Shown: piece by piece, positions 58,445-64,000 of the stretch | How the letters are laid out: each line of letters starts with the position of its first letter | Position numbering within the stretch: the first letter of the stretch is position 1 | Source of the DNA: the human T2T-CHM13v2.0 reference genome, Homo sapiens | Assembly (NCBI RefSeq): GCF_009914755.1 | Contig: NC_060942.1 | Direction: 5' to 3' (one strand) | Length of the DNA: 64,000 nucleotides | The notes under the pieces: generated by a model | The model's database searches: none | What the model was told of the DNA's origin: nothing | What the model saw: only the letters and a program-made list of their open reading frames with translations | Position numbers and translations under genes: made by a program

Positions 58445-60265
58445 TCAAAAGAAAAAATTGGCATAGCAATTATTTATTCTGGGAAATATTTTTATATTAA
58501 TGCTTCTGCATTCTTTCAAGGGACATATTACACACTGCAGATAACTGCAACCGAGAAGACCTCAGATGGGGCTGCCATGTGCTCTCTTCACCCTCATCAA
58601 TTCTGCTTAAAGAAGCATCATGCATGAGGATGATGCTACTAACCCACTTTCAGCAGAATAAACATCCTGTTATTTTCCAGTAGTGTTCCTGGATTTGCAT
58701 TGTTCCATCCTCTCTTTCAATGGACTTCCGTTATCCACAGTCACATATGCTTGAGGGGCAAGCTGGTTGGGGTGCAGCCTTTGGAGAAAGAATTTCCCTA
58801 TATGGGAAGGCAGCTGAGCTATAAAGGGGAGTGAACTCCCAACCTTAGCTTTATGCAGCCCGCAATAGAATCAGGTGTTGGCTACTATATTTGTGAATGA
58901 CTAAATTTTATTTGGTAAAAGGAACAAAAGCTGCTTCTTAAAAAGGTATGTATTTTATACTTCTGGTCTTTTTTAAACAAAGTATGGGAAACTTAACAAT
59001 TTTTCAATGGTCAAGAAAGGTTACTCTGCCTAGCAAAAGTACTCAGTAGTGCCTGCCTCCTGGTTTTACACTGTATCCATATCTATTCAGGCTTTTCAGT
59101 TTAGGGCTGAAATCAGATGGAGTAAGACATAGAAGATGAAGCCCCAGTGCTGAGATTAGCAAATGAACTGGGCATTAAAGATACATTTAAATTATGAGAA
59201 CCATCATGGATTGTCTTTGGAATTACATCTGGAAACTTATTTACATGTATTTGTGACAAAAACAATATAGCATATTGAATCTTTGCAAATTTAATGATAG
59301 ATTGAAACCAAACAACCATTACACATCCCCTTATCTGCACATATGTCCTTTCATTATTGTTGAAGTAAGGGAAATGACTTGGGTTTTGACAAGAATAAGG
59401 ACAAAAAAAGGATACTTTATCATTTTTTAAAATGAAAGCTCTAAAGTGGAAGGAGTAATTTAATCCCATGAAATGTTTATGTACACACAAGAGCAGCTAC
59501 TGATATTTGATAAAGTTAATGATTATGGTAATGAAAAGCTTCAAACAAATTTATGAATGAACACAAAACAAAGATCTGAGATTTACCAGTATGACATGGA
59601 CAGAGGAGTACCCCCATGTCATTAGTACTCAGAGAACCAAGAGCACAAATACACAGTTTTTCTCTCTTTAGAAAGTTACGTCTTGGCACACACCCCTTAC
59701 CATTGTGATTTTTGCAAGTGAGGAAGTTATACACAGAAAGCAGCGGTAGAAGCTGCAACTCCCCTGGAAGTGATCGCCTCATTCTGAAATTTTCACCTAG
59801 AAAATAATCCAATATTATATTCTTTCTTCAATCTTCAATTAATAACAAAGAGGATGGTAGAAGGTTCAACAAATATGCATGCATATTTAGGATGCTGGTA
59901 TATTCTATTTGTGCAGAGGATGTTCAATTTGATTCTGCATAAAATGCTGAAGTAGCCTGTCTCGTCTTGCTTCACCTTTGACTCCTTTTACAACATGCAC
60001 TCTGTTGTTAACTACAGTAATGAGAAATAGCAAAGACTGCAGGCTCTGAAGCTTTATTCGGGTACACATTTTGGCTCTGCCATTTACCATCTGTGTGACC
60101 TTGAGCAAATTACTTAATGTCTCTGTGCCTCCATTTCTGCATCTTAAGTAGAAAAATAATAGTGCCTACCATGGTCGAGGGCTGATGTCTGAATTAAATT
60201 AACAAATGCAAGTGAAGTGCTTAGAATTTTGTTATATCTTTTTCTTATGTGTGTCATTCTCTAGG

Positions 60266-60836
60266 TGTAATGAGTTGAATTGTGTCTCCATGAAAAGTTA
60301 TGTCAAGTCCTTACTCCCAGTACCTGTGAACATGATATTATTTGGAAAGAGTCTTTGCAGATAAAATCATTAAGATGAGGTCATACTGGATTAGGGTAGG
60401 CCCTAACACCAATGCTTTTGTCTTGTTGTAATGGTAAGGATGTATTTTTGCCTGGTCAAAAAAAGGATGCATTTTTGCCCGTCATCCTTACCATTACAGC
60501 AAGACAAAAGCATTAAAGTCTTTATAAGAGAAAGGAGAGGAAGATTTAGACACAGAGATACAGAGGAGTGACACGGGGAAGAAACCCATGTGAAGACAGA
60601 GACAGAGATTGAAGTGATGAAGCTGTCATCAAGAAACACCAAGGAGGGCTGGAAGCCACGAGAAGTTAGGAAGGAGGAAGGAAGTCTTCTCCCCTAGAGT
60701 CTTTGGAGGGAGCACGGCCCTGCTGACACCTTCATTTCGGCTAGTTTGCAGAACTGTGAGAGAATGAATTTCCATTGTTTTAAGCCACCCAATATGTGGT
60801 CCTTTGTTATGGCAGCCCTGGGAAACGAATACTACA
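60266..60836 (+). mobile_element. MLT1 (MaLR) LTR containing a ~105-bp foreign insertion
   Basis: tgtaatgagttgaattgtgtc ... ggcagccctgggaaacgaatac. Confidence 0.85.
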
Positions 60837-61057
60837 GGTAACCTAAATTAAAAAGTTGGGGTTTGTGGAAGGAGAAAATGAGAAGCCAAAAGATGAAATC
60901 TCAGTACCTAGAATGAGGCTCACACGTGGTTCATTGGGTGTCCTTTGACTTTCCTTATTTCGTGGGGGTCACCTATTTGTTTCCTTGCCTGTAGGGAGAT
61001 GGGGAGGGTGAGGATGGCAGGCAGTGCCTCTGTGGGAATGTGAACTCTCTACTACCT

Positions 61058-61258
61058 AGAGCTGTGCTGTTCATACAGAAGCCACTTGCCACAGGGGGTT
61101 ACTTAAATAAAAATAAAATTAGAAATTGAGTTTCTCAGTTATACGAGCCATATTTAACACATACAATAGTCACATGGGGCTAGTGACTTCCATGTTAGAC
61201 TGCAAAGATACAGGACATTTCCATCACTGTGTACGTAAAGTGCTATTAGCCTGTGCTA
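61058..61258. mobile_element. MER3-like hAT transposon
   Basis: agccacttgccaca ... tagtcacatggggctagtgact ... gacatttccatcactg. Confidence 0.7.
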
Positions 61259-61324
61259 GATGATATTTACATTGTAATAGGATTTGTTTAGGAGACAAGG
61301 AAAGTAAGCAGACAGGTTGGGTAG

Positions 61325-61555
61325 AAAATAGAAATATGTCATTGTCATAATATCATTGGTTTTAGGACCCACCCTAATCCAATATGATTCATCTTAACTT
61401 GATTTTGTCTGCAAAAAAGCCTATTTCTAAATAAGGCCACAAAATAGAAATATGTCATTGTCATAATATCATTGGTTTTAGGATCCACCCTAATCCAATA
61501 TGATTCATCTTGACTTGATTTTGTCTGCAAATAAACTTTTTCTAAATAAGGTCAC
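61325..61555. repeat. Tandem duplication, two units of 116/115 bp
   Basis: Both units begin aaaatagaaatatgtcattgtcataatatcattggttttagga (61325 and 61441). Confidence 0.95.
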
Positions 61556-63146
61556 ATTCATAGGTACTGGGAGTAGGACTTATATCTTTTCATGGGGACA
61601 CAATTCAACTCACTACACCTAGAAAATGCCAATAAATAGAACTAGAAATAGAAAAATCTGTATTACAAGGTGCTATGTTCTTGTAATACAGACAAGCAAC
61701 TCCATAATTCATTAAGGAAAAAGGAAGAGAGAATATGGTAGAATTGATACTTCAACAGCTGCATACGAGGCAGGTCTCACTTGTTGAATGGTCTATTGTT
61801 TTCATCTTAAAGTCATGTATATCACTGCTTTTTTGTAGTTTGAACAAAAGGTATTTACTATATTCAATTCTTTTAGACTAAAAATCAGTACAGCCAGAAA
61901 CTGGCTTATATCTAATGACAGAGATCAGCATGGAGAAGTATAGCCTGCTTCACCTTGATCTGCTGGAGATAGACCTCATAGAGAAATGGTTAACGTTTTG
62001 ATCCCTTAACTCTGTGAAGGAGGTAAATGCTGCAAAGCAACAAATGAGATCAAGAAATCCGTGAGCTATGATCTCTCTCCTCCTCTTCAGATCTAATCAT
62101 ACAGATGAATAAATTGCTATGAAAATACCAAAAATAAAACTAAAAACAATGACTGAACCATTAAAACAAAAATCTCATGTACTCTGTGTTCAGGTAGGAA
62201 GAAATTTAATTCCAGTCAGACCAGTTTCCTGTGATTTTTTCCCCTTTCATCTAAGATATTTTTAATGCTCAGAGGCATTATAATAGAAAAGCATGTATTT
62301 TTGTCTGGTTTATACCCATCATCCTTACCATTACAACAAGACAAAAGCATTAAAGTAAAATTAATCATGTCAAAAGATTTTAGCAAAAACAAGTGAGACC
62401 ATGCATAAAGCATCGCTTTGTCTAGTGTGAAGTCACGCTCTGATTAAAAACATATAATGAAAGTGAAAGTGATACATCATTGCCTTAGCAGTAGGGTTTT
62501 CTGAAAGTGCTTTGCGGTTCTCAACATAAAAATGTGGGAACATTATGGTCTTCGAAACTCACAAAGGTTATTGTTCTAGCTAAATAACTAGAATTCAATC
62601 TCAATGTTTTAAAAAAATAAATTAAGACTTAATGACCAAACAAGGCAGGTCGGTAGGATTAATAATTAGAACACGCTGTGAGAAGCGGTCGTCTGCCTTG
62701 ACAACCAGACACAGAGGTATGAAAGTGTCTGCTCAGCACTCCCCTTTCACAAAACCATCCTTAATCCCAGCTAAATGTGGCCAGGTCCTTAAGGTATCAG
62801 CACAGCTCCTTGCTCCATCGGAAACACTTAATGAATAGAAAGGTTTGACTGTAGAGTAATCATACACTCCCCAGCAATGGAGTCAATTTATGTATGATCC
62901 ACAAAACCAAAAATTCTAAGTGGCTGGCTATTCCTAAAATGTAGGTTTAGTTAATGATGTCACCATAGAGTCATCTCATGGATTTGAAAAGAAACAGTTT
63001 ACTTATTTGTACTTTGCCTTCATTACGTCTTTATTTTGATGGGGATATGTGTACATAATAATTGCTCTCCAAAATTATCTTTCTATTTGTTTTGTTGTTG
63101 TTGTCATGTTGAGAGTCATTTAGGGCTACTGTCCTTAGCATACTAA

Positions 63147-63410
63147 TGCAGGAGCAGAAAACCAAATACTGCATGTTCTCTCTTATAAGTGGGAGCTAAA
63201 TGATAAAAACTTATGAACTCAAGGAAGGAAACAACAGAGACTGGGGTCTACTTGAGGGGGAGGGTGGGAGGAGGGAGAGGAGCAGAAAAGATAGCTATTG
63301 GGTACTGAGCTTAATACCTGAGTGATGTAATAATATGTACTGTGACATGTATTTATATATGTAACAAACCTTCACATGTACCCCCAAAGCTAAAATAAGA
63401 GTTGAAAAAG
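63147..63410 (+). mobile_element. L1PA/L1PB 3' end fragment
   Basis: gaaaaccaaatactgcatgttctctcttataagtgggagctaaatg ... aagctaaaataa. Confidence 0.88.
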
Positions 63411-63634
63411 AAGTCGTTTCAGCTGTTTTTTTAAATGAGGTCTCTCTAAATGTTGAAAACCATCCTGTTCTATGAGATCTACGTGTATATATCTATATAA
63501 ATAATTTATATATATACATATTTGCATAACTATATTTTAGATGTATAATAGTTTACATACAATAAATACTAGAAACAAGGACAATTGTATAAACTCAGAC
63601 ATATTAAAAATATCTGAGGGAAATCAGACTTTTA

Positions 63635-64000
<366 letters not shown>

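Overview
AT-rich primate (very likely human) genomic DNA rich in Alu, L1, L2, MIR, MaLR/ERVL LTR and MER elements. It carries the 3' part of a BTB-Kelch gene on the minus strand that I recognise as KLHL14 (C-terminus ...GPACVTVILPSCVPYNK*). Six coding exons were reconstructed by hand with consistent splice phases (27321-27232, 19002-18924, 12371-12181, 12099-11941, 9101-8944, 6568-6428; probably exons 4-9, numbering from memory), followed by a ~2 kb 3'UTR. From 27322 to the window end appears to be one large intron. Almost all ORFs in the supplied track are spurious. The most unusual non-repeat structures are: a gap-free 152-bp, 94%-identical inverted repeat in an intron; a complex templated-insertion/inverted-duplication scar at an MLT1 LTR (60.2-62.4 kb); an 81-nt GC-AG intron followed by a very weak GTCTTT donor with a nearby intronic poly(A) signal; and several other local duplications. 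I found no evidence for a new multi-gene system. Repeat family calls come from remembered consensus sequences, not a database search.
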